From: a virus
Strand: one strand, 5' to 3'
Virus record (IMG/VR): IMGVR_UViG_3300017991_000009
Coordinates: 31,167 to 95,166 of that record
Length of the DNA stretch: 64,000 nt
Part shown: positions 9,389 through 17,801 of the stretch, piece by piece
Numbering within the stretch: the first letter of the stretch is position 1
Layout of the letters: the number at the start of each line of letters is the position of its first letter
The notes under the pieces: model-generated
Database searches by the model: none
Told to the model about the DNA's origin: nothing
Seen by the model: only the letters and a program-made list of their open reading frames with translations
Position numbers and translations under genes: made by a program

Positions 9389-9978
9389 CAGGGTTGCAGC
9401 CTTGGCCGTGTGAACTCGAGGCAGCCTTTTACTGCCCCGAGAACGCTAGTGCATATCGTTTGCTCTGGTGCCCTAACTATGACGACTGCTTAGATATAGC
9501 CGCGATGGCGGACTGGTGCAGCTTCACCTGCAGGGCGTGCCCGGTGTATATGCTATTCGCCGACGATGCGCCACGGATAATCAGGAGAGTGAAAGATGAG
9601 CAACAGCACGAAGAACCCAAACCCAAAGGACGTACAAAAAGCAGTAGGCGGAAACGGGGCCGGCAACGTGGTCCCTATGCGCGTGCCCCTCGTGGGCGGG
9701 AGAAGGAAGGAGCCGCCCATCCCACCAAAGGTCAAACGCCAGATGTTGGCCGAGTTCAAGAGATGGAAGAAGCACCTTCACGACTTGATCGATCGGGGCT
9801 CTCAGCTTCAGGTCAACGCGCAAACCTTCGAGTACCAGTTTATCCTGCCCACGCAGTTGGTGAAGCTGGTGTGGGGAACCACGATGAAGGAGCGCATCAA
9901 GGCAGAGCAGGCGAACGGGTTGGAGAAGGAAGAGGCAGAGAAGGAGGCGGTGCGAAAGCTAAGGCAGGAGATGGATGA
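9295..9978 (+). CDS. Cys-rich putative zinc-binding protein with a long C-terminal overlap
   Basis: RLLWCPNYDDCLD.A...WCSFTCRAC motif; the C-terminal half overlaps the next ORF. Confidence 0.45.
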   Translation: MDSRSSRQTHRIRKVDARAKADRLRTRLVPVAGLQPWPCELEAAFYCPENASAYRLLWCPNYDDCLDIAAMADWCSFTCRACPVYMLFADDAPRIIRRVKDEQQHEEPKPKGRTKSSRRKRGRQRGPYARAPRGREKEGAAHPTKGQTPDVGRVQEMEEAPSRLDRSGLSASGQRANLRVPVYPAHAVGEAGVGNHDEGAHQGRAGERVGEGRGREGGGAKAKAGDG

Positions 9979-10141
9979 GGGCCAGCAACTGATGATGGAG
10001 AAGGGCGCAGTAGAGCAGAGTGCGAGAGCGGAAGTTGATGAGGAAGAAGAAGCAAAACGAAACGAAGAAGCGGAAGCCCAGGCTAAAGCCAACCTCGAAA
10101 AATTCAGGGCGGACCTCATCTCAGGGAAAGCGTTCAAGTAG
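9596..10141 (+). CDS. hypothetical charged/coiled-coil protein
   Basis: GGAG RBS; codon usage typical of the genome. Confidence 0.6.
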   Translation: MSNSTKNPNPKDVQKAVGGNGAGNVVPMRVPLVGGRRKEPPIPPKVKRQMLAEFKRWKKHLHDLIDRGSQLQVNAQTFEYQFILPTQLVKLVWGTTMKERIKAEQANGLEKEEAEKEAVRKLRQEMDEGQQLMMEKGAVEQSARAEVDEEEEAKRNEEAEAQAKANLEKFRADLISGKAFK

Positions 10142-10388
10142 TAAGGGTTACTACTGGCGCAACGTAGTATGTGAAGGATGCCCGAGGAGATGCCGATACG
10201 CTGACTTCCGGTTGTTCGATGGCAACGCCTACCAGGAGATGCTTGCTTCTCTTTGGGACGAAAGCCCGGACCCCGCTGACTGGAAGTACAAGACACGCGG
10301 TGTGATCTTGGGTAAGCTTCACGAGTACAAACGCAAAGCCTGGGAGGAACATATCAACAAGTGCCCTGAGTGGAGGAACAGCGAGTGA
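10020..10388 (+). CDS. hypothetical protein (start uncertain)
   Basis: C-terminal 80 aa look protein-like (CEGC...KYKTRGVILGKLHEYK); no clean start codon. Confidence 0.4.
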   Translation: MRERKLMRKKKQNETKKRKPRLKPTSKNSGRTSSQGKRSSSKGYYWRNVVCEGCPRRCRYADFRLFDGNAYQEMLASLWDESPDPADWKYKTRGVILGKLHEYKRKAWEEHINKCPEWRNSE

Positions 10389-11020
10389 TTGATATCATCA
10401 AGTCACACCCGTGGACGTTTGCAGTCAGCATGCTCATCTCCCTAGTGGCCATCGCCGGCGTGATCTACGGAGTGATCACCAAGGGCCGGTGGAAGGACTA
10501 CGGGCTCATGGTGCGCAATGGTTACAAGCTCCACATCAACCCGGCCGAGCTACCCATCCTGGTGTTCATGCACTCCAACGTCCCCAACTGGATCGCCGTC
10601 CTCTTCAACCAGGTGAGGGAAGAACTCAACAACAAGGTCGGCTTTGTCATGATGGGCAAGGCTGACGTGATACTGGTCCAGGGCTTGGACCTGGACAAGC
10701 TCCCCAAGGGCCACCTGGGCGTAGTCATGGGAGAAGACGAGAAGCACGGCCAGACCTACCACCGCTACGACAAGCGGACAGGAGAGATACTCTCCACCAA
10801 GATCACCCTGCCGCCCCTTGAACCCCTGGGCAATCGTGATCTCCTGATGAAGGTAATCATGCACGAGGTTGGCCATGTATTCGGCCTGGCCCACGATGAG
10901 CGCAGGGACAGTATCATGCATCCCAGCATCCAACACAGGGCGCAGGCGTTCACCGAAGGCGACATCAACCTGTTGAGGGAAACCTACAACAAGAGAGGAG
11001 AGCAATCATGGAAGGCATGA
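10370..11020 (+). CDS. membrane-anchored matrixin/metzincin zinc metalloprotease
   Basis: N-terminal TM helix; HEVGHVFGLAH and Met-turn SIMHP. Confidence 0.85.
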   Translation: MEEQRVIDIIKSHPWTFAVSMLISLVAIAGVIYGVITKGRWKDYGLMVRNGYKLHINPAELPILVFMHSNVPNWIAVLFNQVREELNNKVGFVMMGKADVILVQGLDLDKLPKGHLGVVMGEDEKHGQTYHRYDKRTGEILSTKITLPPLEPLGNRDLLMKVIMHEVGHVFGLAHDERRDSIMHPSIQHRAQAFTEGDINLLRETYNKRGEQSWKA

Positions 11021-11189
11021 GCCACGGCGTGGAAGTACCCATCGGTTTCATCAAACGTAAAGACACCAAGGGAGCCGAGGTACTCACCCCCAGGAACATC
11101 ATACCCCTGACTGTTGACACCGTGTCTTTACAGGAGGACAATGAATGTAAAGACAAAGAAGGAGTAGACAGGCGGTACGTGAGCGAAAG

Positions 11190-11426
11190 ATGAACATCCC
11201 CTCCCTCGTAGAAGCAAAGTGCAGTCACTGTGACAGCGGGAAGGTAGATGTCGGCTCAATCCTCGGCCCCCAGGCGTGCTCTAGCTGCCTGGGTAGTGGA
11301 TTTACCCTGGTCCAGCTTCCGACGCCTCCTGCAGCGGCTCAGAAGGCCAGGCGATGTCCCAAGTGTGGTGCATACACACGCAACTCTCTCCTCGCCCGCC
11401 TGTACCACGTATTTACCTGCAGATAG
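11190..11426 (+). CDS. zinc-finger protein (DnaJ-type CxxCxGxG)
   Basis: CSHCDSG, CSSCLGSG, CPKCG. Confidence 0.5.
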   Translation: MNIPSLVEAKCSHCDSGKVDVGSILGPQACSSCLGSGFTLVQLPTPPAAAQKARRCPKCGAYTRNSLLARLYHVFTCR

Positions 11427-11435
11427 GACAAGAAG

Positions 11436-12404
11436 ATGCCCAACAAACGCCTCCCCGCGGAGAAGCGGAAGCCAACCAAGTACAGTAAGCGTACCCTGAT
11501 CAAAGCCCGCCGGCAGATCATCCTAAAGTTACACACCGAAGGCAAAACCAACATACAGATAGCGGAAGCGGTAGCCATTAACCCAGCTTTGGTACAAAGG
11601 GAGATAGACCTGGCTACCGAGGAGTTTCTCCGCTCTTGGGCAGAGCAAGGACCAGAGCACACGTTCGTCCGGTACGCTTCCTTCCAACTGAACATCGTGC
11701 GTAAGCTCCAAGCCGCCCACGACCGCTTCCTGAAGGACAAGCACAACAAGCAGTACAACGCGGCTATCTCTGCCCTCCGTGCCCAATCTGATATCTACGA
11801 CAAGGTATTAGACAAGGGTATTACCTTTGGTGTCATCGAACAAACGAAAGCAAAGGACCACATCCGCCAATCTTCAGGAGAGATACGTATCAGACTACAG
11901 AAAGAAGTACGTGTCCTCTCCCGCCTCCTAGAAGAGGTAGACAACCCACCTGGCCCGCCCCCTAAACAGCTTACCCTCCCCCCATCCACTGGTACTGATG
12001 ATCTACAATCCGCTAGCACCCTTTACCCGATAATCGTCAACCCCCTCATGGGTCCCCTAGGTGTAATCCGCGACATCCCAGATTGGAGATTGCGCAAACT
12101 TTCCCCCTCGCGTAAAGACAAATCCCCACCCCCTGTACCTACCTCAGAAGAGGAGAAGTTAGCTGCCCAGGCAACGTATTTACAGGCAGAGCTTGACCGT
12201 ATCTCTTACCTGCAGGAAGAAGCTACCTCCCACCGTAAAGACACCAACATCATTGATATCGATCCCCAGGATGTAAATACAATAACCAATTCCCCGCCCC
12301 CAGGTAATAACAAACCTAACCCCGCTTCTAAGGATAAGAGCAAGCAACCCAATCACCAGCAAGATACACAGGCAGGATGGTTGGTAAAGCCTATGAGAGG
12401 GTAG
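11436..12404 (+). CDS. HTH DNA-binding protein, possible terminase small subunit, with a disordered Pro-rich C-terminus
   Basis: RRQIILKLHTEGKTNIQIAEAVAINPALVQREI HTH followed by helical segments, an architecture common in TerS. Confidence 0.5.
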   Translation: MPNKRLPAEKRKPTKYSKRTLIKARRQIILKLHTEGKTNIQIAEAVAINPALVQREIDLATEEFLRSWAEQGPEHTFVRYASFQLNIVRKLQAAHDRFLKDKHNKQYNAAISALRAQSDIYDKVLDKGITFGVIEQTKAKDHIRQSSGEIRIRLQKEVRVLSRLLEEVDNPPGPPPKQLTLPPSTGTDDLQSASTLYPIIVNPLMGPLGVIRDIPDWRLRKLSPSRKDKSPPPVPTSEEEKLAAQATYLQAELDRISYLQEEATSHRKDTNIIDIDPQDVNTITNSPPPGNNKPNPASKDKSKQPNHQQDTQAGWLVKPMRG

Positions 12405-12824
12405 TATATACACACTACCTTCCCCAGGAAGTAAATCCTACCAGTATCTGTTGAATAACCCCCCTTGTATGTCACAAGCACGCCCGTAGCTAGCCCAGTC
12501 CCCAGGAATCCCCACAACCACCAGGAGTGTACATACACCACCATTACCAGTAACAGCCTCCCTCCTAACATACCGGGGGGAGGTTAGATTACTGCTATGT
12601 GGGTAGAGGTGGGCCGGGGTTCCTACAATACACAAATGCCGCCAACTTCTGAGTAATCCATGTATATACACCACATACATACAAACAGGTAACAGGGGGA
12701 GCCCCGCATCTCACTGCTCTTGCCTCCATGGTGTATATACAGTCCATATCTCCCACCCCTATCTCCTAGTTACACGCTCCCTCCTGTATATACAAGCCAG
12801 GGGAATCTCAGATGTATTTACGTG

Positions 12825-12853
12825 TTGACATCCATCCCTTCCTGATGTAAATA
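12825..12853 (+). promoter_or_regulatory. sigma70-like promoter for the early gene block
   Basis: Perfect TTGACA at 12825-12830, 17 nt spacer, weak -10 TAAATA; GGAGG RBS downstream. Confidence 0.6.
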
Positions 12854-12882
12854 CAGACGTAGGATATCAGGGAGGTAAATAC

Positions 12883-13089
12883 ATGAGCGACGTAAAGACA
12901 AGGGAGGAAAACAGGAAGGCAGTTAATTTCAGGCTGCCACTCATCACCATCAGGAATCTGGGGAGGGAGGCACGACTGGGGAAGACAACGAGGACCAACG
13001 TGGTGGTGGAGGCGTTGGGGATGTACTTCAAGTGGAAGCAAAAGCGGAGGGACAAGGTAAGTACGGCAAGGAGGGAAAGAGGGAGGTAA
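12883..13089 (+). CDS. ribbon-helix-helix DNA-binding protein
   Basis: RKAVNFRLP beta strand followed by two helices (TRTNVVVEAL); strong RBS. Confidence 0.7.
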   Translation: MSDVKTREENRKAVNFRLPLITIRNLGREARLGKTTRTNVVVEALGMYFKWKQKRRDKVSTARRERGR

Positions 13090-13096
13090 ATACAAG

Positions 13097-13411
13097 ATGA
13101 AGAAGAGCACGGGCGACAACTACCTATCCAGTTACTGCAACCAGTACCACGAGAAGGCCACAGGGAAACCGATTGACCACGAGTGCAGGGTGATCCCACC
13201 GGCGGCGTTAGAGGCAGAGCGAGTCGGAGATACCGACTTGGCAATCCGGATACTGGAGCGGTGTGGGAAGTGCAGCAACTGCAAGAAGCTGGCGAGGGTA
13301 CAACGAGCAGTGCTGAGGTGCTGCAACTCCCCCTTTAGTCACGCGGACCAGGACGTGATTGATTTATGGAACGCTGAGTTGGAGAGGTTGCCCTGTACTG
13401 GTAGGAGGTGA
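13097..13411 (+). CDS. hypothetical protein
   Basis: GGAGG RBS; Cys/His-rich. Confidence 0.55.
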   Translation: MKKSTGDNYLSSYCNQYHEKATGKPIDHECRVIPPAALEAERVGDTDLAIRILERCGKCSNCKKLARVQRAVLRCCNSPFSHADQDVIDLWNAELERLPCTGRR

Positions 13412-13414
13412 ACA

Positions 13415-13675
13415 GTGAAAGAGAAAGCGGAGCAGGAAGCAATAGAGCAGATGAGGCAGTCGCCTTACAACTTTGATGATACGAGGTGGGCCGCGTATCA
13501 GAACCGGGCGCTGGATAGCGCGGGGCTGGGGCACCTACAGTTCCTAGCGGTGGGCCCCAGGAACACGTACAAGGAGAAGCCGCCGCAGTTCCCGGACACG
13601 GCGCAAGGCGTGGGCTGGAAGTACAGGTTCGTTGGTTGGGTGGATCTGGGGACGGGGGAGATTCATGCTGACTGA
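13415..13675 (+). CDS. hypothetical protein
   Basis: AGGAGG RBS. Confidence 0.55.
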   Translation: MKEKAEQEAIEQMRQSPYNFDDTRWAAYQNRALDSAGLGHLQFLAVGPRNTYKEKPPQFPDTAQGVGWKYRFVGWVDLGTGEIHAD

Positions 13676-14333
13676 CACGGGCTCCCAGTTTCTGAGGTGG
13701 ATAGACACCGCCCACTCCCTCTCTCACTTACCGTGGTACTCGAGGTTCAGGGTGGTCATCGACCTGTTCTACTTCGCAGTGCTCAGGGAGGAGCAGCAGT
13801 ACATGCAGGCGGTGGAGGAGGCGGGGAAGCAGGCTACCAGGGACGCGCCGGAGTGGATGGCAAAGCTCATGATGGAGATGCACGCCAACCCCAGCGACCA
13901 CCTGGGGAGCATCTACCAGGAAGCGTCGGTCAACGACAAGAAGCGGCTGGCCCAGTACTTCACCCCGGATGGGGTAGCGGCAGCGATGGCCGCGATGACT
14001 CTCGCCGACATCCACGAGGAGCAGTTCACCAAGGCTGGTGGGTTGAAGATTCACGAGCCCTCCTGTGGGACGGGAGTTATGTGCATTCACGCTGCAAGGC
14101 TGATCAACGAGGAGTTCGGTCAGTGGGGGCTGAACAGGACCAGCTTCACCCTGGTGGACAAGGACATCCTCTGTTGCAAGATAGCCCTCCTGCAGATGTT
14201 GTGGTTGCCGTACCCGGTGGCGGAGGTGGTGGTGATGCACGGCGATAGCCTGCGCCGGGAGGTATGGATGGAGGCCAGGTTCGGAAGAGGGACGCCACCC
14301 TCCCACACCAGGATTGTGAGGAAGACCCAATGA
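13665..14333 (+). CDS. truncated N6-adenine methyltransferase-like (HsdM-type SAM-binding half)
   Basis: QYFTP, EPSCGTG, VDKD, HGDSL present; ORF ends before an NPPF motif IV. Confidence 0.75.
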   Translation: MLTDTGSQFLRWIDTAHSLSHLPWYSRFRVVIDLFYFAVLREEQQYMQAVEEAGKQATRDAPEWMAKLMMEMHANPSDHLGSIYQEASVNDKKRLAQYFTPDGVAAAMAAMTLADIHEEQFTKAGGLKIHEPSCGTGVMCIHAARLINEEFGQWGLNRTSFTLVDKDILCCKIALLQMLWLPYPVAEVVVMHGDSLRREVWMEARFGRGTPPSHTRIVRKTQ

Positions 14334-14773
14334 AGAAGAAAGAAGCCCAGCCGATGGCCGCGGTTGATGACAGCCACCACCTGCTCCGCACCATGATGGA
14401 CCTGGCAGTCAGCCTCCGCCTGCTGGAGATGGAGAACAGGGACCCACCGGACATGTACGAGGAGATCACCTGCTTGGAGTGCCGAGGTTTGTGCAACGGC
14501 TGCGCCACCTGTGGAGACCACGGGAAGATGCCCAGGCACCTGGCGTATGCTCACTACCTGGGGGCCCACGGTGATGACCTGCTGTACCGATCAAAGAAGA
14601 AGGGAGAGACGGCGAAGGTGTTCAACCTGGTGGCGGAGATGCTGGCCGGGCTGGCCTTCCAACCAGGCGGGGTGACCTTCGCCGGCACCCACTACGAGGT
14701 GAAGCCCAAAGAGAAGCTATACCCAATCATTAGAAACGTGGAAGGGGGCGGGTATGAAAATGGTAATGCTTAG
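14330..14773 (+). CDS. hypothetical protein
   Basis: ATGA coupling; Cys cluster CLECRG.CNGCATC. Confidence 0.55.
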   Translation: MKKKEAQPMAAVDDSHHLLRTMMDLAVSLRLLEMENRDPPDMYEEITCLECRGLCNGCATCGDHGKMPRHLAYAHYLGAHGDDLLYRSKKKGETAKVFNLVAEMLAGLAFQPGGVTFAGTHYEVKPKEKLYPIIRNVEGGGYENGNA

Positions 14774-14963
14774 GTTGATTTTATTGGTGGCCCTATTGGT
14801 GAACTGCTGTGCTCATGGTGAGTTTAGGGAGGTTGTATCAAATACTAAGTGTGTCGAGAATGTGATCTTTGTCTTTGATGGTAAAGAGTGGTCTTGGTAT
14901 ACGGATTGTTCGTTGGTAGGTAGGGCGTGTTATGAAACGCATGATGGCGCACGGTGTTTATAA
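14754..14963 (+). CDS. small secreted/lipoprotein-like Cys-rich protein
   Basis: Hydrophobic signal ending LVNC; AT-richer than its flanks. Confidence 0.45.
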   Translation: MKMVMLRLILLVALLVNCCAHGEFREVVSNTKCVENVIFVFDGKEWSWYTDCSLVGRACYETHDGARCL

Positions 14964-14973
14964 GGAGGTAGAG

Positions 14974-15204
14974 ATGGATAACCCAACCAAGCAGTGGGTA
15001 GACAGGCTGGCAAAGAAGCTGGGCTACGAGGTGGTCTGGTCGCCGGTGAATCAGGCCTTCTTCATCACTGAGAAGCCAATCCGACTTCCACATGCCGCGT
15101 GGTCTGGTCCTATCCGGTCTGAGCCCAAGGTGATGGCAGTGAAGCACGACCTGGTGGACGTTGCGAACTGGTTGGAGGATAAGCGGAGTGAGGCGGTCGG
15201 CTGA
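14974..15204 (+). CDS. hypothetical protein
   Basis: TAAGGAGG RBS. Confidence 0.55.
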   Translation: MDNPTKQWVDRLAKKLGYEVVWSPVNQAFFITEKPIRLPHAAWSGPIRSEPKVMAVKHDLVDVANWLEDKRSEAVG

Positions 15205-15376
15205 CCTGTGGAGATCACCCCGCTGTGTATGGCCTGTGTGACGAAGCGGATAACCATAAAGAGAGGTAACGAGTGATGACGAGACAAGAGATCGACGCTT
15301 GGTGGGGCTTGCTCTTGAGCATTAGTGGTTTTGTGATCGGGTGGGTGCTGCGAGGCCTTTGGATCGGAGGGGTGTG

Positions 15377-15586
15377 ATGGTGAAGCCTGGGTTTTGGCAG
15401 ATACAGGCGAGGGTGTCTTACCGCAAGCCTAACGGGTGGACCGAGGAAGCCCAGCTTCCGACCTTCTATCTTGATCCTGACGTGCAAGCTATTCGTTCTG
15501 CAGAGCATGCCGAAAGCATAGCGGAGAAGATCATCGACCCGTTCGGGCTGTACCAGGTGTGCCCGTTGGCCGCCCATGTTGAGTGA
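15377..15586 (+). CDS. hypothetical protein
   Basis: GGAGG RBS; LPTFYLD motif. Confidence 0.5.
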   Translation: MVKPGFWQIQARVSYRKPNGWTEEAQLPTFYLDPDVQAIRSAEHAESIAEKIIDPFGLYQVCPLAAHVE

Positions 15587-15875
15587 GCACCGATTCTCGG
15601 TCTACGTCGTGCGGGATAGGAAGGACCGCCTGTACACGGGGATCTCCACCCACCCGAAGGCGCGTGTGCATGCACACAACAACTACAAGAACGGAGCGAA
15701 GTGCTTGAGGGGCACTCGGCCAGTGACGCTGGTCTGGGTGTCTACCATCAAGTTCACCAGAAGCGAGGCGCTCCGCATCGAGGCAGCGATCAAGCGGATG
15801 AACAAACAAGAGAAGGAGGACTTCATCGTATCCACCACGTGCGGTGGTGAGATGGGGCTCCTTGGCGGGGAGTGA
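15576..15875 (+). CDS. GIY-YIG nuclease (UPF0213/YhbQ-like)
   Basis: VYVV...LYTGIST...R..AHN...GAK...RSEALRIEAAIKRM. Confidence 0.85.
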   Translation: MLSEHRFSVYVVRDRKDRLYTGISTHPKARVHAHNNYKNGAKCLRGTRPVTLVWVSTIKFTRSEALRIEAAIKRMNKQEKEDFIVSTTCGGEMGLLGGE

Positions 15876-16312
15876 AAGTGAACCGGCGTAGTCCTAATAT
15901 CTCCAAGTGGATCAACGGGAAGGTAGCGTACATCCCGAGAGTGCTTGAAGGTTGTATAGAAGAGGAGCTTGATGCCCGCGCACCCCAGTGGCGCCAAGTG
16001 TTACAGGCTGACGTGGAGTTGGAGTTCCACGGGTACTTGCAAGATCCTGTCACGGATAGGCTGGCTGACTACGAGAAACTAAAGCACGTAGTGCGGGAGG
16101 CCCTCAGCACGTTGAATCCTCGTGAGCAGTGGATCCTTGAGTGTAGATTTGGCCTGGGTGTTGAGTCGGGTATGGCGTGGACGCTAGAGGAGATCGCGGC
16201 GTACCTTGGTAGATCAGTAGAGCGTATTAGGCAGGTGCAGAACAGAGGGTTGCGGAAGCTACGACATCCGAGCCGTACAAAAGGCACTAAGGCATTTTAT
16301 TTGTACTATTGA
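15872..16312 (+). CDS. stand-alone sigma70 region 4 (RpoD-like) protein
   Basis: LNPREQWILECRFGL...TLEEIA...ERIRQVQNRGLRKLRHPSR, close to the RpoD C-terminus; no region 2. Confidence 0.85.
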   Translation: MKVNRRSPNISKWINGKVAYIPRVLEGCIEEELDARAPQWRQVLQADVELEFHGYLQDPVTDRLADYEKLKHVVREALSTLNPREQWILECRFGLGVESGMAWTLEEIAAYLGRSVERIRQVQNRGLRKLRHPSRTKGTKAFYLYY

Positions 16313-16336
16313 CCCGAGCAGAAGAGGAGCGAGTGA

Positions 16337-16996
16337 ATGAACGAGCTACAGTTACAGCAGGCCCTGAACGACTACAACAAGGCGCGGATAGAGAAGATCC
16401 AGCAGTGGTCCGAGTCGCATGACGCTATCACCGTGGGGTGTAGCCAGTGCAGTATCACCCCCTACTGCTGCTACCAGATGGTGATGACACCGATCATGGA
16501 GGGGGTAGTGATCGCCCAGTACGCTAAGGAGGAGTGCCCCGATAGGATGGCGAAGGTGATCGCCCAGGGGAAGACCCAGGCGTACCTTCTTGCCCAGAGA
16601 TTGGGCAAGACCCCGGCCGAGCTAGTAGTGGGCACCTCCCAGGAAGAGTTAGAGCAATACCAGGACCTCTTCGATGACGCGGCTCACGCTTGGTACAACA
16701 TGAGCGAGCCCTGCGGCTTCCTGGATGGGCACAACCAGTGCTCGATCTACTCCCGCCGGCCGACGATGTGCGCGGCGTACTACGCTTGCGATACCTGCAC
16801 GCGAAAGATCGGCACGCACGAGGAGGTAGCGGTGTGGGACCACCGGGAGATCGTCGGGCTGACGCTCCAGGTGTCGATGTTAGCGGTTATGGATCTGTTT
16901 GGTATTGATGGGGAGGACACTCGGTACTTTCTCCCTATGCCGCTGGGTGCGGCTGTAGCGTTGGCGGATGAGGTGTTGTTGCCGCACGTGCGATAG
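16337..16996 (+). CDS. YkgJ/FliB-like cysteine-cluster (Fe-S/Zn) protein
   Basis: CSQC...CC and CGFL...CSIYSRRPTMC motifs. Confidence 0.75.
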   Translation: MNELQLQQALNDYNKARIEKIQQWSESHDAITVGCSQCSITPYCCYQMVMTPIMEGVVIAQYAKEECPDRMAKVIAQGKTQAYLLAQRLGKTPAELVVGTSQEELEQYQDLFDDAAHAWYNMSEPCGFLDGHNQCSIYSRRPTMCAAYYACDTCTRKIGTHEEVAVWDHREIVGLTLQVSMLAVMDLFGIDGEDTRYFLPMPLGAAVALADEVLLPHVR

Positions 16997-17019
16997 GTTA
17001 TCGGATTCTGATAACCTAT
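16993..17019. repeat. palindromic element TTATCG-N5-YGATAA, copy 1
   Basis: ATAGGTTATCG GATTC TGATAACCTAT, overlapping the stop codon. Confidence 0.75.
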
Positions 17020-17237
17020 AACCTAATGGAGGAGTGGCTGTGCACAGTACTAACAGGGCAGACTTAGAGATGCGCGACACTTGCAGGAACTACGGAGAGG
17101 TGGAACTCATGATAGGCAACCGGCCCCGCCGCGTGTCGCTTTGTTACTTGACTGACGAGTCGCACCCGCGGTGCACTCGGTGTACCCACTGGACACCCAG
17201 GGATCACGCGATCCAGGTCAGCACAGGATAGGAGCAG

Positions 17238-17792
17238 GTGATGAAGAAAACGGAGAACAAGTTCAGCGTGTCGATCAACACTGGTGCTGTCGACCGCATC
17301 GTAGAAGAGATGCGGGTTGATATGCTGAAGGCGGGATTGACCAAGGAGCAAACCGACGGCATATTCCAGCAGGCCCACGACCAATACCGCACCTGCCGCG
17401 ACGCGGGGAACTACTGGGATCATGTTAAGCGGTGTGCGGAGCAGGCGCTTGCTGCCTTGCCTCGCTGCGAGGAGTGCAAACGGGTGGTGCAGTATGAGGA
17501 TGCGCCCGTGTGCCCCGAGTGTAGGAAGGGAGAGGTCAAGGTAGAAGTGGAGGGAGTAGTCAACGAAGGTGTCAACCCCGTGCACCCGACCAAGCCCTGG
17601 CGCAAGGAGGTGGGGCAGTTCTCCTTCCAGTTCGACCATGCGGATGGGGGAGTCAGTACCTATTGTGCCCCCGTCTTCATCGAAGCGGAGGCGATGTACG
17701 AGCAAGCCCACAAGATCCTCACCAGAGTGGTGGAGGCTGGGGATAACCTGAAGCTAGCCGAGCTAGTGATGAAGTTCTTCGGTCAAGAGTAG
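17238..17792 (+). CDS. hypothetical protein with a central zinc ribbon
   Basis: CEEC...CPEC; AGGAG RBS. Confidence 0.55.
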   Translation: MMKKTENKFSVSINTGAVDRIVEEMRVDMLKAGLTKEQTDGIFQQAHDQYRTCRDAGNYWDHVKRCAEQALAALPRCEECKRVVQYEDAPVCPECRKGEVKVEVEGVVNEGVNPVHPTKPWRKEVGQFSFQFDHADGGVSTYCAPVFIEAEAMYEQAHKILTRVVEAGDNLKLAELVMKFFGQE

Positions 17793-17801
17793 GAGGCAGC
17801 C

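Larger units (their letters stand above)
11409..13093. repeat. cluster of 11 GTAWWTAC (quasi-)palindromic boxes
   Basis: Copies at 11409, 12176, 12273, 12404, 12662, 12733, 12786, 12814, 12847, 12875, 13086, plus a near match at 12529. Confidence 0.85.

Noticed and set aside
10124-10130. Lambda-type GGGAAAG slippery site joining the 9596 and 10020 ORFs
   Set aside because: Wrong phase: the upstream ORF reads GGG AAA G, so joining needs +1 rather than -1
12405-12882. CRISPR array, tRNA or structured ncRNA in the long intergenic region
   Set aside because: Repeats are only 8-10 bp and irregularly spaced, and no cloverleaf is visible; an ncRNA cannot be excluded without a covariance search
15576-15875. 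Homing endonuclease or mobile intron
   Set aside because: Short YhbQ-like domain only, with no DNA-binding extension and no interrupted gene
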